A stretch of 64,000 nt of DNA from an uncultured Thermoleophilia bacterium (GTDB lineage: Bacteria > Actinomycetota > Thermoleophilia > UBA2241): positions 320,001 through 384,000 of the forward strand of contig CAVPCT010000002.1 of NCBI GenBank assembly GCA_963702475.1. Direction: 5' to 3'. The translations under genes and the position numbers were made by a program. Every line of letters begins with the position of its first letter. Positions within the stretch are counted from its first letter, which is position 1. Of this stretch, positions 32,513-42,685 are shown one piece after another. The notes under the pieces were generated by a model. That model was not told the origin of the DNA, searched no databases, and saw only the letters and a program-made list of their open reading frames with translations.

Positions 32513-33787
32513 ATGCTCGACAGGGCAAGCATCTGCGTGCGCGGCGGTCACGGCGGCAACGGCTCCGCCAGCATGCGCCGTGAGAAGTACGTGCCCAAGG
32601 GCGGCCCCGACGGCGGCGACGGCGCCCCCGGCGGAGACGTCGTCCTCGTCGCGACGCGGCAGCTGCACGACCTCAGCCAGTTCCGCCACAAGCACCACTT
32701 CCGGGCCGAGGCAGGCGGCCACGGCCGCGGCGCCAACAAGCGCGGCGCCGATGGGCCGGTGCTCGAGGTCAAGGTGCCGGTGGGCACCGAAGTCCGTGAC
32801 GCCGAGGGCGGACTGCTCGGCGACCTCGTAGCCGAGGGCCAGCGCCTGCTCGTGGCACGCGGTGGCGAGGGCGGACGCGGCAACGTCAACTTCAAGACTT
32901 CCACGCGTCAGGCGCCCCGCTTCGCGGAGCACGGCCTGGAGGGTGAGGAGCTGTGGCTCACCCTCACGCTCAAGCTCCTCGCAGACGTCGGCCTCGTCGG
33001 CCTCCCCAACGCCGGCAAGTCGTCCCTGCTGGCGGCGCTGACGCGCGCCCATCCCAAGATCGCGTCATATCCGTTCACCACCATCGAGCCGAACCTGGGC
33101 GTCATGTACCTCGGGGAGGGCGCGGCGGTGATCGCCGACATCCCCGGGCTCATCGAGGGCGCCAGCGAGGGGGCCGGACTCGGGCACCGGTTCCTGGCTC
33201 ACATCGAGCGCACTGCCGTGCTGGTCTACGTGCTCGACGGCGGCGACGGCGCCGACGGGTGGCCTGCGGCACTGGCGACCGTGCGTGCAGAGCTCGGCGC
33301 GTTCCGTGCCGCGATGCTGGACCGACCCGCGCTCGTGCTCGTCAACAAGGCCGACCTGCTGGACGAGGTCGGCAGAGAAGAGGCGGCCGCGTTCCTGGCC
33401 GGCCTCGCGTGGCCGGCCGCGGCGCTCCTGGCCTCGGCGGAGAGCGGGGAGGGGCTGCTCGAGGTGCGCGAGGCTCTCGAGGGAGCCGTCAACGCCGCCC
33501 GCGAGGCTCTCGCCGCGGTCGAGCCGTCGGAGGTCGCCCCGGCGGTGCTGCGCCCCGGCGAGGACCGCCTCGAGTCGTTCACCTTGGAGCGCGTGGAGGA
33601 CTACTTCGTCGTCCACGGGCGCCAGGTCGAGCGCCTCTTCGCCAAGGCGGACCTCGACAACGATGACGCCGTGGCCTACCTGCAGCAGCTCATCGAGCGC
33701 GCCGGCCTGAACCAGGCCCTGCGCAAGGCCGGCGCCGTGCCCGGTGACACGGTGGTCGTCGGCGACCAGGAGTTCGAGTTCTCCTGA
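32513..33787 (+). CDS. obgE: GTPase ObgE
   Basis: GGPDGGDG, GLPNAGKS, YPFTT, DIPGLI, NKAD. Confidence 0.97.
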   Translation: MLDRASICVRGGHGGNGSASMRREKYVPKGGPDGGDGAPGGDVVLVATRQLHDLSQFRHKHHFRAEAGGHGRGANKRGADGPVLEVKVPVGTEVRDAEGGLLGDLVAEGQRLLVARGGEGGRGNVNFKTSTRQAPRFAEHGLEGEELWLTLTLKLLADVGLVGLPNAGKSSLLAALTRAHPKIASYPFTTIEPNLGVMYLGEGAAVIADIPGLIEGASEGAGLGHRFLAHIERTAVLVYVLDGGDGADGWPAALATVRAELGAFRAAMLDRPALVLVNKADLLDEVGREEAAAFLAGLAWPAAALLASAESGEGLLEVREALEGAVNAAREALAAVEPSEVAPAVLRPGEDRLESFTLERVEDYFVVHGRQVERLFAKADLDNDDAVAYLQQLIERAGLNQALRKAGAVPGDTVVVGDQEFEFS

Positions 33788-33943
33788 TGCACCGCGCCGG
33801 GGGTACGCCGGCGCTCCGGCGTGGTCTACCGCGCGATGACCTCCGGTGAGCCTGCGGAGCAGCGCCCGAGGAGGTCCGGACGCTCCCGCCGGCGTGGTGG
33901 GGCGAGGCCGCCGGCGTGGTGACGGATCAGCGACGCGGGCACG

Positions 33944-34006
33944 TTGACTTCGGCACATCCTTGAGATAGTCTCCGCTATAACTTCGTATACGAACTCTGA
34001 TACGTA
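33944..34006 (+). promoter_or_regulatory. Promoter + tandem operator, copy 1
   Basis: TTGACT-17-TAGTCT then TTCGTATACGAA CTCTGATACGTA. Confidence 0.85.
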
Positions 34007-34315
34007 GTTGGTTCCGAGAGTCGGTCGCGCAAACGAGAAGGTGTGTCGAGAGAAGACTCCCGCCGCGGTGCTCGTCGCACCGCCTTGAACCACTGACCAC
34101 TGCTCCCCCCTGGCAGGATGGAAGTGGCGCGGGAGGGCGGCCCTTGGCCCCAGCCTTGCGACAGGGCGCCGGCCGGATCGCTGGTGGCAGCAGCGGCCGG
34201 CGCCGGACGACGGGGCATGGCCGCCGGACCGGCGGGGAGGCTCCACAGGAGGTCCCCATCGCTCCCACGCGGCGCGTCCTTCGCGCCATGATGGAGACGG
34301 AGCCTTCGCCGGCGA

Positions 34316-34356
34316 GCCGGAGGCGCCGTCCGCCGCGAGCGGGCGGCGCCTCCGGC
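34316..34356 (+). terminator. 18-bp hairpin just before promoter 2
   Basis: GCCGGAGGCGCCGTCCGC-cgcga-GCGGGCGGCGCCTCCGGC then AGTTT. Confidence 0.6.
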
Positions 34357-34376
34357 AGTTTCCAGGGCGCGGACTC

Positions 34377-34437
34377 TGGACTTCGAGAGCGGCCTGCGGT
34401 ACCTTGAGGTAACTTCGTATACGAACTCGGATACGTT
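34377..34437 (+). promoter_or_regulatory. Promoter + tandem operator, copy 2
   Basis: TGGACT-17-TACCTT then TTCGTATACGAA CTCGGATACGTT. Confidence 0.82.
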
Positions 34438-34465
34438 GATTGCTCAGCACACCTGGAGCGGCCAT

Positions 34466-35417
34466 ATGACAGACACCGGAAGAGTCCTCATCGTCGGCGC
34501 CGGCACGATGGGGGAGGGGATCGCGCAGACGTTCGCCCAGCACGGGTCCGGCGTCCGCCTCGTGGACATCAACGACGAGTCCGTCTCCCGCGCGCTCGGT
34601 CAGATCAAGCGCAACGTCCTGCAGTTCGCCGACTTCGGGCTCATCAAGGAGCCCGTCGACCAGGTGATGGGCCGCATCGAGGGCATGGTCACCACCGACA
34701 TGGCACGGGCGGCCGACGGCTGCACCTACGCCGTCGAGGCCGTCCAGGAGATCCTCGAGCAGAAGCTCGACCTGTTCGCCCGGCTGCAGGCGGCCGCCCC
34801 CGAGCTGGCCATCGGCAGCAACACGGGCAGCTTCACCATGGACACGCTCGTCCGAGGGGCTGCCCCGCCCCGACAGGGTGATCGGCATCCACTACTTCAA
34901 CCCGGCGCACATCATCCCGCTGGTGGAGATCCACCGTGGCAGCGCCTGCTCGGACGCGACCTACGAGGAGACGAAGACCCTGCTCGAGGCCTCGGGCAAG
35001 AAGACGGTGCTGGTGCGCGTCGAGCGTCCCGGCTTCATCGTCAACCGTCTCATGGGGGCCCTTGAACGCGAGATCGACTACCTCCTCGACGAGGGCATCG
35101 TGACGCCCGAGGACCTGGACGTCGCCGTGAAGTCGAGCACCGGTTTCCGCTTCGCCTGTCTCGGGCCCATGGAGGTGGAGGACATGATCGGCCTCGACAT
35201 CGCCGCGACGGTGTCGGGACGCGTCTTCAAGGGCCTCTCCAACGCCACCGAGCCGTCGCCCATGCTGCTCGAGAAGGTCGAGCGCGGCGAGCTCGGGATC
35301 AAGGCCGGCAAGGGCTGGTACGACTACAGCGGCAGGACGCGTGCGGAGGTCCTGGAGGAGAAGAACGCCAAGCTGCTTCCGCAGCTCAAGCTGTTCCTGG
35401 ACGCGCAGAAGGACTGA
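34466..35417 (+). CDS. 3-hydroxyacyl-CoA dehydrogenase family protein (frameshift ~34860)
   Basis: GAGTMG, EAVQE, SNT in one frame; HYFNP, PGFIVNR, GPM, DMIGLD in the next. Confidence 0.88.
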
Positions 35418-35458
35418 AGGCCGGGGAACCCGGTCGCCCGCAGACTGAAGGAGGTCCG

Positions 35459-36214
35459 GTGTTCGATCTTACGGGCAAGGTTGCGATCGTGACCGGCGGC
35501 GGCGGCGGCCTGGGCCGTCCCATCTCGGTCGCGCTGGCGCAGTGCGGCGCCGACGTGCTGGTCGACGACTTCGACGCCGATCACCTGGCGGCGACGGTCG
35601 CCGAGATCGAGGCGCTGGGGCGCAGGTGCGTGGCCGTCACGGCCGACCTCACCAGCGCCGCCGCCATGAAAGACATGGCCGACAGGGCCGTGCAGGAGTT
35701 CGGCAGGATAGACATCCTCGTCAACGTGGCCGGCACCAACGCGCGGTTCGACGCCGAGGCGATGCCGCCCGAGGAGTTCGAGCGCGTCCTCCGCGTCAAC
35801 GTGCTGGGCGTGTTCCTGGCCTGCCAGGCGGTCGGCCGGGTCATGATCGAGCAGGGGCAGGGCGTGATCGTCAACATGTCGTCGGTGAGAGGGAGGGTCG
35901 CTCCCGGCATGGGCGGCTCGGCCTACGCCACGAGCAAGGGCGGCGTGGACCAGCTCACGCGCACGCTGGCGGCCGAGTGGGCCAAGTACGGCATCCGTGT
36001 CAACGCCGTGGCGCCGGCGCTGATCATGACCGACATGACCCGCGATTTCCTGTCCAAGCCCGAGGTCTACTCCAAGATGACCGCCGAGATCCCGATGCGG
36101 CGCCTGGGCGAGCCGGGCGAACTGGTCGGGCCGGTCGTTCTGCTGGCCTCGGACGAGTCCAGCTTCATGACCGGCCAGATCGTCTACGTCGACGGCGGGC
36201 TCTCCGCCGTCTGA
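35459..36214 (+). CDS. SDR oxidoreductase (candidate phloroglucinol reductase-like)
   Basis: TGGGGGLG, NVAG, SSVR, YATSK. Confidence 0.9.
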   Translation: MFDLTGKVAIVTGGGGGLGRPISVALAQCGADVLVDDFDADHLAATVAEIEALGRRCVAVTADLTSAAAMKDMADRAVQEFGRIDILVNVAGTNARFDAEAMPPEEFERVLRVNVLGVFLACQAVGRVMIEQGQGVIVNMSSVRGRVAPGMGGSAYATSKGGVDQLTRTLAAEWAKYGIRVNAVAPALIMTDMTRDFLSKPEVYSKMTAEIPMRRLGEPGELVGPVVLLASDESSFMTGQIVYVDGGLSAV

Positions 36215-36256
36215 TCCGCGGCCGGACGCTCGAGACCCGATGGGAGGGCACGACGT

Positions 36257-36598
36257 GTGAAGAAGATCGCGCGCGCGGACGTGACGAAGTACGGCGTCCC
36301 GCCCAAGCACTTCAACGTCAACTCCTGCCGTCTGCAGGGCGAGGCCGAATCGGGGCTCAAGAGCTTCTGGATCGGCTGCTCGCACTACCTGCCCGGCGGC
36401 GGCATCGAGTGGTCGGGCGAAGATTCCGCCGAGGAGAAGGTCTCCATCGTCATCGAGGGCGAGCTCACGGTGAAGGGGGAGGACGAGGAGTTCGCGCTCG
36501 GGCCGCTCGACTCCCTCTACATCGGCCCCAACGAGGCCCGGTCGGTCGTCAACAACGGCACCAGACCGGCCATCATGCTGGTGGTCGTCAACACCTGA
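36257..36598 (+). CDS. Cupin-domain protein lacking the usual metal-binding His residues
   Basis: YLPGGG...EEKVSIVIEGEL...GPLDSLYIGPNEAR. Confidence 0.8.
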   Translation: MKKIARADVTKYGVPPKHFNVNSCRLQGEAESGLKSFWIGCSHYLPGGGIEWSGEDSAEEKVSIVIEGELTVKGEDEEFALGPLDSLYIGPNEARSVVNNGTRPAIMLVVVNT

Positions 36599-39216
36599 TG
36601 GGTCCTGTGCCGGCCGAGGAGCGAGACGTGAAGCAGGCCGTACGGCTCACGAACCTCACCACCGGCGGTCCGGTGCACGTCGACGTGCGCGACGGCAGGA
36701 TCCTGCGCATGGTCCCCCTTGAGCTGGACGAGAGCGACGGGCCGTCGTGGAGCATCACGGCGAGGGGGCGCACGTTCACGCCTCCCCGCCGCACCACGCT
36801 CTCACCGTTCACCGTCGCTCACCGCTCCACCATCTACTCTCCCCGGCGCATCCTCACGCCGCTCAAGCGAGTTGACTTCGACCCCGCGGGCCAGCGCAAC
36901 ACGCACAACCGCGGCAGTTCAGGTTACGAGCCCATCTCGTGGGACGAGGCCCTGGACCTCACCGCCGGCGAGATGACGCGCCTCAGGCGCGAGCACGGCC
37001 CGGCCGCCATGCTGACCTCGCCCGGCTCCCACCACCTGTGGGGGACCCACGGCTACCGCACCAGCGCCTACTACCGCTTCATGGACCTCGTCGGGTTCAC
37101 GTACGGAGAGCACAACCCGGACAGCTGGGAGGGCTGGCACTGGGGCGGCATGCACATGTGGGGCTTCAGCTGGCGCCTCGGCATCCCCGAGCAGTACGAC
37201 CTCCTCGAGGACGCGCTGCAGCACACCGAGCTGCTCGTCTTCTGGTCTTCCGACCCTGAGAGCACCGGCGGCGGCATCTACACGGCCTTTGAGAGCACGC
37301 CCAGGCGGTACTGGTTCAAGGAGCTGGGCGTGAAGATGGTCTTCATCGACCCGTACTTCAACCACACGGCCGAGCTCTTCGGCGACAAGTGGTTCGCGCC
37401 GCGGCCGGGCACCGACGTGGCGATGGGGCTGGCGATCGCTTCCACGTGGCTCTCCGAGGGCCTCTACGACGAGGAGTACGTGGTTACGCGCACCGTCGGC
37501 TTCGACGAGTGGAAGGACTACGTGCTCGGCAGGACCGACAACGTGCCCAAGACGCCGGAGTGGGCCGAGGGGGAGTGCGGCATCCCGGCGCGCCAGATCC
37601 GCGCCCTGGCGCGCGAGTGGGGCACGAAGAGGACCATGCTGGCCGCCGGCGGCAAGGGCGGGTTCGGCGGCGCCTGTCGCTCGGCCACCGGCAACGAGTG
37701 GGCGCGCACCATGATCGCCCTCGCGGCCATGCAGGGCTTGGGCAAGCCGGGCGTCAACATCTGGTCGACGACGCAGGGCGTACCCTGCGACACCGGCTTC
37801 TGGTTCCCCGGCTACAACGAGGGCGGCATCTCGGCCGACGCCAACACCCTGAGCGGCTTCCGTCTGGCCAATCGTCTCTGGCCGGACGGAGGCCCGTGCG
37901 GCAACCCGCACCACTCCACCGAGGGCCAGACTGTCAGCCGTCTCCTCATCCCCGAGGCCATGAGGGGCCAGAGCCTCGAGTGGCGGGGCAAGGGCTTCTG
38001 CGGCTCCTCCATCGAGTCGCAGTTCCAGAAGTACGAGTACCCCGCCCCCGGCTACGACCCGTGCCGTATGTACTACAGGTACGGCGGGTCCTTCATCGGC
38101 ACCATGACCGAGACCAACCGCTACGTCCGAGCCTACCGCGAGGGCGACGTCGAGTTCGTGGTCAACCAGTCGATCTGGTTCGAGGGCGAGGCGCGCTTCG
38201 CCGACGTCATCCTCCCGGCGTGCACCAACTTCGAGCGCTGGGACATCGGGGAGTGGGCGGCGCCCACCGGCGCCGGGGCGTCGTCCACCGACGCCTGCAA
38301 CCACCGCCTCATCGTCTTCCAGCAGAAGTGCATCGAGCCGCTCGGCGAGTCGAAGCCGGACTACGAGATCTTCGCCCTCCTCGCCGGGCGCCTCGGCCTC
38401 GGCCACCTGTACACCCAGGGCCTCACCGACCTGGACTGGGTCAAGCGGCTGTTCCTCGCCAGCGACCTGCCGCAGCGGATCTCCTGGGACGACTTCGCGC
38501 GCAAGGGCTACTACGTGGTGCCCGTGCCTCCGGAAAGGAAGCGCACCCCGGCGCTGCGCTGGTTCGCGGAAGACCGCGAGCGGGACACGCCGGACCTGGG
38601 GCCCAGACCGTGGGAGACCGATCGCCTCAAGGGCCTGCAGACGGCGTCGGGCAGGATCGAGTTCGTCGCTTCCAGCCTCCGGCGCTTCGAGCGCTCCGGG
38701 GCCGTCGACCCCGAACGGCCCGCGCTGGGGCCGCAGTACATCCCCAGCTGGGAGGGCCACCGCACGGCGGAGCTCGTGGCCCGGTACCCGCTGCAACTCA
38801 TCAGCCCGCACCCGCGCTTCTCGTTCCACACCATGGGCGACGGCAAGGGCTCGTGGACCGACGACGTCGCGGACCACCGCGTGCTCGTCGACGGCCACCA
38901 CTACTGGATCCTTCGCCTGAACAGCGCCGACGCGCGGGCGCGCGGCGTCGCCGACGGCGACCTCATCCGGGCCTTCAACGACCGCGGCGAGGTCATCCTC
39001 GCCGCCCAGGTCACGGAGCGCGTGGGCCCCGGCACCGTGCACTGCTACGAGTCGGTCGCCGACTATCTCCCGCTGGGAGAGCCGGGCCACTCGCCGGACG
39101 CCGCCGGCTGCATCAACATCCTCACGCCCAAGCGGTTTGTCACCCCGACCTCGACCGGCATGGCGCCCAACTCCTGCCTCATCCAGGTGGAGCGGTGGGA
39201 GCCGGCACCGGTCTGA
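36598..39216 (+). CDS. Mo-bisPGD enzyme large subunit 1, pyrogallol-phloroglucinol transhydroxylase (AthL) family
   Basis: TGGPVHVDV, TFTPPR, HNPDSWEGWHWGGMHMWGFSWRLG, SPHPRFSFHTMGDGK; no Tat signal. Confidence 0.92.
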   Translation: MGPVPAEERDVKQAVRLTNLTTGGPVHVDVRDGRILRMVPLELDESDGPSWSITARGRTFTPPRRTTLSPFTVAHRSTIYSPRRILTPLKRVDFDPAGQRNTHNRGSSGYEPISWDEALDLTAGEMTRLRREHGPAAMLTSPGSHHLWGTHGYRTSAYYRFMDLVGFTYGEHNPDSWEGWHWGGMHMWGFSWRLGIPEQYDLLEDALQHTELLVFWSSDPESTGGGIYTAFESTPRRYWFKELGVKMVFIDPYFNHTAELFGDKWFAPRPGTDVAMGLAIASTWLSEGLYDEEYVVTRTVGFDEWKDYVLGRTDNVPKTPEWAEGECGIPARQIRALAREWGTKRTMLAAGGKGGFGGACRSATGNEWARTMIALAAMQGLGKPGVNIWSTTQGVPCDTGFWFPGYNEGGISADANTLSGFRLANRLWPDGGPCGNPHHSTEGQTVSRLLIPEAMRGQSLEWRGKGFCGSSIESQFQKYEYPAPGYDPCRMYYRYGGSFIGTMTETNRYVRAYREGDVEFVVNQSIWFEGEARFADVILPACTNFERWDIGEWAAPTGAGASSTDACNHRLIVFQQKCIEPLGESKPDYEIFALLAGRLGLGHLYTQGLTDLDWVKRLFLASDLPQRISWDDFARKGYYVVPVPPERKRTPALRWFAEDRERDTPDLGPRPWETDRLKGLQTASGRIEFVASSLRRFERSGAVDPERPALGPQYIPSWEGHRTAELVARYPLQLISPHPRFSFHTMGDGKGSWTDDVADHRVLVDGHHYWILRLNSADARARGVADGDLIRAFNDRGEVILAAQVTERVGPGTVHCYESVADYLPLGEPGHSPDAAGCINILTPKRFVTPTSTGMAPNSCLIQVERWEPAPV

Positions 39217-39255
39217 GTCCCTCAGTCCCACACCCGACCAGGAAGAGCCACGACC

Positions 39256-40071
39256 ATGGATCCCATCATCACCGCCTCGCTCACCGGCCCGGCCGCCACC
39301 AAGAAGGACAACCCGGCGATCCCCGGGACGCCGGAGGAGATCGCGCGGAGCGCCGGGGAGGCCTACGACGCCGGCGCCGCCGTCATCCACATCCACCTGC
39401 GCGACAACGACGACTTCACGACCGACCTCGAGGTGGCGCGGCGCACCGTGGAGCTGGTGCGCGAGCAGTGCCCGGGGATCGTTCAGCTCTCCACCGGGGG
39501 TGGGTTCGAGTACGAGGACCGCATGCGCATCGTCGAGGCGAGACCGGCGATGGCCACCCTGAACCCGGGCACCATGACGATCGGCGACCACGAGTTCCGC
39601 AACCCGCCCAGGCAGATGTACAAGCTCGCCGAGCGCATGCTCGAACTGGGCATCAAGGCCGAGGTGGAGATCTACGACACCGGCCACCTCGGCCTCGCCC
39701 TGGACCTGCTCAAGAAAGGGCTTCTCACCGAGCCGCTGCAGGTCTCGTTCGTGATGGGCGTCAAGGGCGGCATGCCGGCCGACCCGCGCCTGCTCGGCTA
39801 CCTCGTCAACGAGCTCCCGGCCGGCACCAGCTGGCAGGTGATCGCCATCGCGAAGGCCAACCTGCCGCTCACCACCATCGGCCTGGCCATGGGCGGCAAC
39901 GCTCGCACCGGCCTTGAGGACACGCTCTACATCAGGCCGAAGGAGCTCGCCTCGTCCAACGCCCAGCTCGTCGAGGCGCTGGTGAACGTGGCGCGCTCGC
40001 AGCACCTGGAGCCCGCGGGAGTCGAGGAGGTCATCGACCGCCTCAAGCTCAACCGCGACCTGATCGGGTGA
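39256..40071 (+). CDS. Beta-keto acid cleavage enzyme (BKACE/DUF849)
   Basis: IITASLTG, AGAAVIHIHLRD, QLSTGG, ARTGLED. Confidence 0.93.
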   Translation: MDPIITASLTGPAATKKDNPAIPGTPEEIARSAGEAYDAGAAVIHIHLRDNDDFTTDLEVARRTVELVREQCPGIVQLSTGGGFEYEDRMRIVEARPAMATLNPGTMTIGDHEFRNPPRQMYKLAERMLELGIKAEVEIYDTGHLGLALDLLKKGLLTEPLQVSFVMGVKGGMPADPRLLGYLVNELPAGTSWQVIAIAKANLPLTTIGLAMGGNARTGLEDTLYIRPKELASSNAQLVEALVNVARSQHLEPAGVEEVIDRLKLNRDLIG

Positions 40072-40103
40072 CGGAGCAAACCGAGGACCTGGGGGAGGCC
40101 GAG

Positions 40104-40953
40104 ATGGCGGAGCAAGACTACGTGCACATGCCGTCGCTGGAGGAGTACTCGAAGCGGTTCGAGCGCTTCTTCAAGTTCACGCGGTCCGACGACGGCATCC
40201 TCGAGGTGCGGATGCACACATGCGACGGTCCGGTGCGCTGGAGCTACCAGATGCACCACGCCATCTCGGAGCTCTGGACGGCCGTCGGGCACGACGTCAA
40301 GAACGAAGTGCTCATCTTCACGTCCACCGGCGACCAGTGGATCAACGAGGTGGACGCTTCGTCCTTCAAGGATGTCGAGCAGTCCGACGACGACGACCAG
40401 CGTTTCAACGTCCAGATCTACGACACCCTCAAGGTCGTCGAGAACTTCGTCAACGACATCGAGATCCCGACGATCTGCGCCGTCAACGGCCGCGGCATCC
40501 ACTGGGAGATGGCGATGATGAGCGACATCACGCTCTGCACGCCGGACTTCATCCTGCAGGACGACCACTTCGTGATGAAGGGCGGCCACGTGCCCGGCGA
40601 CGGCATGACGATGGCCTTGCAGCAGGTCCTCGGCATCAAGCGCGGCAACTACATGAGCTACACCAACGCGGGCATCGACGCCGAGACCTGCCTCAAGCTC
40701 GGCGCGGTCAACGAGATCGTCGAGCGCGAGCGCATCGTCGAGCGCGCCTGGGAGCTGGCGCGCATGATCATGAAGACCAACCGCTCCACTCGCCGCCTCA
40801 CCCACCACGTCGCCGTGCGGCCGTGGCGCGAACTGGTGGAGCAGAACCTGCGCCAGCACGTGTACGCGGAGATGTACTCGTTCAACCTGGTCAAGTCGTC
40901 CCACGACTTCGACTCAGATCGCCTACTGCGACGACAAGATGGCGGAGATGTGA
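40104..40953 (+). CDS. Crotonase-family beta-diketone hydrolase 1 (6-oxocamphor hydrolase-like; frameshift ~40912)
   Basis: GILEVRMH, AVNGRGIHWE, QDDHF, VPGDG, RAWELAR. Confidence 0.8.
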
Positions 40954-40974
40954 GGAACGGAAGGAGACCTGACC

Positions 40975-41830
40975 ATGGCGATGCAGCCGTACGTGCACGT
41001 GGAGACCGCTCGAGGAGTACGCAGAGCGGTTCAAGGACTTCGCCCACCTGGAGCGCAACGACGAGGGCATCCTCTTCTGCCGCCTCCACTGGAAGGGCGA
41101 GGCCTGCGTGTGGAGCTACCAGACCCAGAACGCCTACGGCGAGCTCTGGACGGCCATCGGTCACGACAAGGAGACCGAGATCGTCATCCTCACCTGCGCC
41201 GACCCCTACTGGATCACGCAGCGCAGCGACCCCGCCTCCTTCGACGAGGTCGAGGACTCAGACTCCACCACGCTCAAGTACAACTGCAACGTGCCCGACA
41301 CGATGAACTTCGTCGAGAACTTCATCAACGACATCGAGGTGCCGGTCATCACGGCCATCAACGGCATCGGCCAGCACTACGAGTTCGGGCTCATGGCCGA
41401 CATCTGCATCTGCGACCCGGACTTCTACTTCTCGGATGCGCACTTCTCGCACAACATCGTCCCGGGCGACGGCATGAACTTCTCCTACCGTATGTGCCTG
41501 GGGCAGAGGCGCGCCTCGTACATGGCGTACATGGAGCCGAAGATCGACGCGCAGACCGCCCTGGCGTGGGGGCTGGTCGACGAGATCGTCGCCCACGACG
41601 AGCTCGTCCCGCGCGCCTACGAGATCGCCCGGCATATCCTCAAGACCGGCCGGGCGGTCCGCCGCCTCACGCACGAGCTCGTCATGCGCCCGTGGAAGCG
41701 CTTCCTGCAGGACGACGAGCGCGTGCGCGTGCTGGCCGAGATGTACGCCGTCCAGCTCGAGGCCACCCGGCACAACTTCGCCAAGATCGCCGCCGACTTC
41801 ACCGGGGGGCGGCCCCAGCACAAGAAGTGA
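40975..41830 (+). CDS. Crotonase-family beta-diketone hydrolase 2, tandem paralog (frameshift ~41005)
   Basis: AAGGAG RBS; AINGIGQHYE, SDAHF, VPGDG, RAYEIAR. Confidence 0.8.
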
Positions 41831-41902
41831 GCGGCGTGCCTGCGGACCGCCGCTCCACGCCTCACCTGCGGTGGGAATCGAGCACGGCGGCGAAGACCGT
41901 GA

Positions 41903-41934
41903 GGCCGGGACCCCACCCTGAGGGGGTCCCGGCC
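41903..41934 (+). other. Intergenic hairpin
   Basis: GGCCGGGACCCC-8 nt-GGGGTCCCGGCC. Confidence 0.5.
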
Positions 41935-41981
41935 GCCGTCCGCCGGGACCAGCCACGACACTCCCTGGATAGAGGTGGCAG

Positions 41982-42680
41982 ATGAGCGGCGCGATCGAGA
42001 TCATCGAGAAGGCCCGGAGCGCTGGACGGACCGTCCTCACGGAGGCGGAGTCCAAACAGCTCCTCGCCGATCTGGGCATCCGGACCACGGAGATGCGGCT
42101 GGCGGCCACCCGCGAGGAGGCCGTGGCCGCCGGTCGCCTGATCGGCTATCCCTGCGTGCTCAAGGTGTCGTCGCCGGACATCACGCACAAGAGCGACGCC
42201 GGCGGGGTGAAGGTGGCGCTGGCCGACGAGGAACAGTTGGCCGAGGCCTGGGACGACATCATGGCGTCGTGCCGGGCGAAGTACCCCGACGCCGTGATCG
42301 AGGGCGTCAGCGTGCAGAACATGGCGCCGCAGGGGCTCGAGGTCATCGTCGGCATGGCGACCGACCCTCAGTTCGGCCCCGTCCTCATGTTCGGCCTGGG
42401 CGGCGTGTGGGTCGAGGTGCTCAAGGACGTCAGCTTCAAGATCGTCCCCCTGACGAGGGACGACGCGCGCAACGCCATCAGAGAGACCATCGCCTCGAGG
42501 CTCCTCGAGGGGTTTCGCGGCTCGGATCCGGTGGACACGGCCGCCCTCGAGGACATCCTGCTGCGCGTCTCGGACTTCGTGGCGGCCACGCCGGAAGTGA
42601 GGGAGATGGACATCAACCCCATCTTCGCGTACCCGCACGGCGCTATGGCCGTCGACGCCCGCGTCATCCTGGGGGAGTGA
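41982..42680 (+). CDS. ADP-forming acyl-CoA synthetase beta (ATP-grasp) subunit
   Basis: LTEAESKQLL, HKSDAGGV, DPQFGPVLMFGLGG, EMDINP, VDAR. Confidence 0.92.
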   Translation: MSGAIEIIEKARSAGRTVLTEAESKQLLADLGIRTTEMRLAATREEAVAAGRLIGYPCVLKVSSPDITHKSDAGGVKVALADEEQLAEAWDDIMASCRAKYPDAVIEGVSVQNMAPQGLEVIVGMATDPQFGPVLMFGLGGVWVEVLKDVSFKIVPLTRDDARNAIRETIASRLLEGFRGSDPVDTAALEDILLRVSDFVAATPEVREMDINPIFAYPHGAMAVDARVILGE

Positions 42681-42685
42681 GAGCC

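Noticed and set aside
33978-33990. Exact 13-bp loxP arm ATAACTTCGTATA (also 44235-44247)
   Set aside because: No 8-bp spacer or second full arm, no recombinase gene; fixed position behind -10 boxes fits an operator, so the match is likely coincidental.
34030-34130. Cobalamin riboswitch-like words (AAACGAGAA, CCCGCCGCGGT, CCACTG, GGAAG)
   Set aside because: The conserved GGTG-AA-TCC stem-loop and B12-box ending are missing; kept only as an unclassified RNA candidate.
35542-36597. 1224-aa ORF suggesting an N-terminally extended Mo enzyme
   Set aside because: The extension is an off-frame shadow of the SDR and cupin genes; homology starts near 36598-36628.
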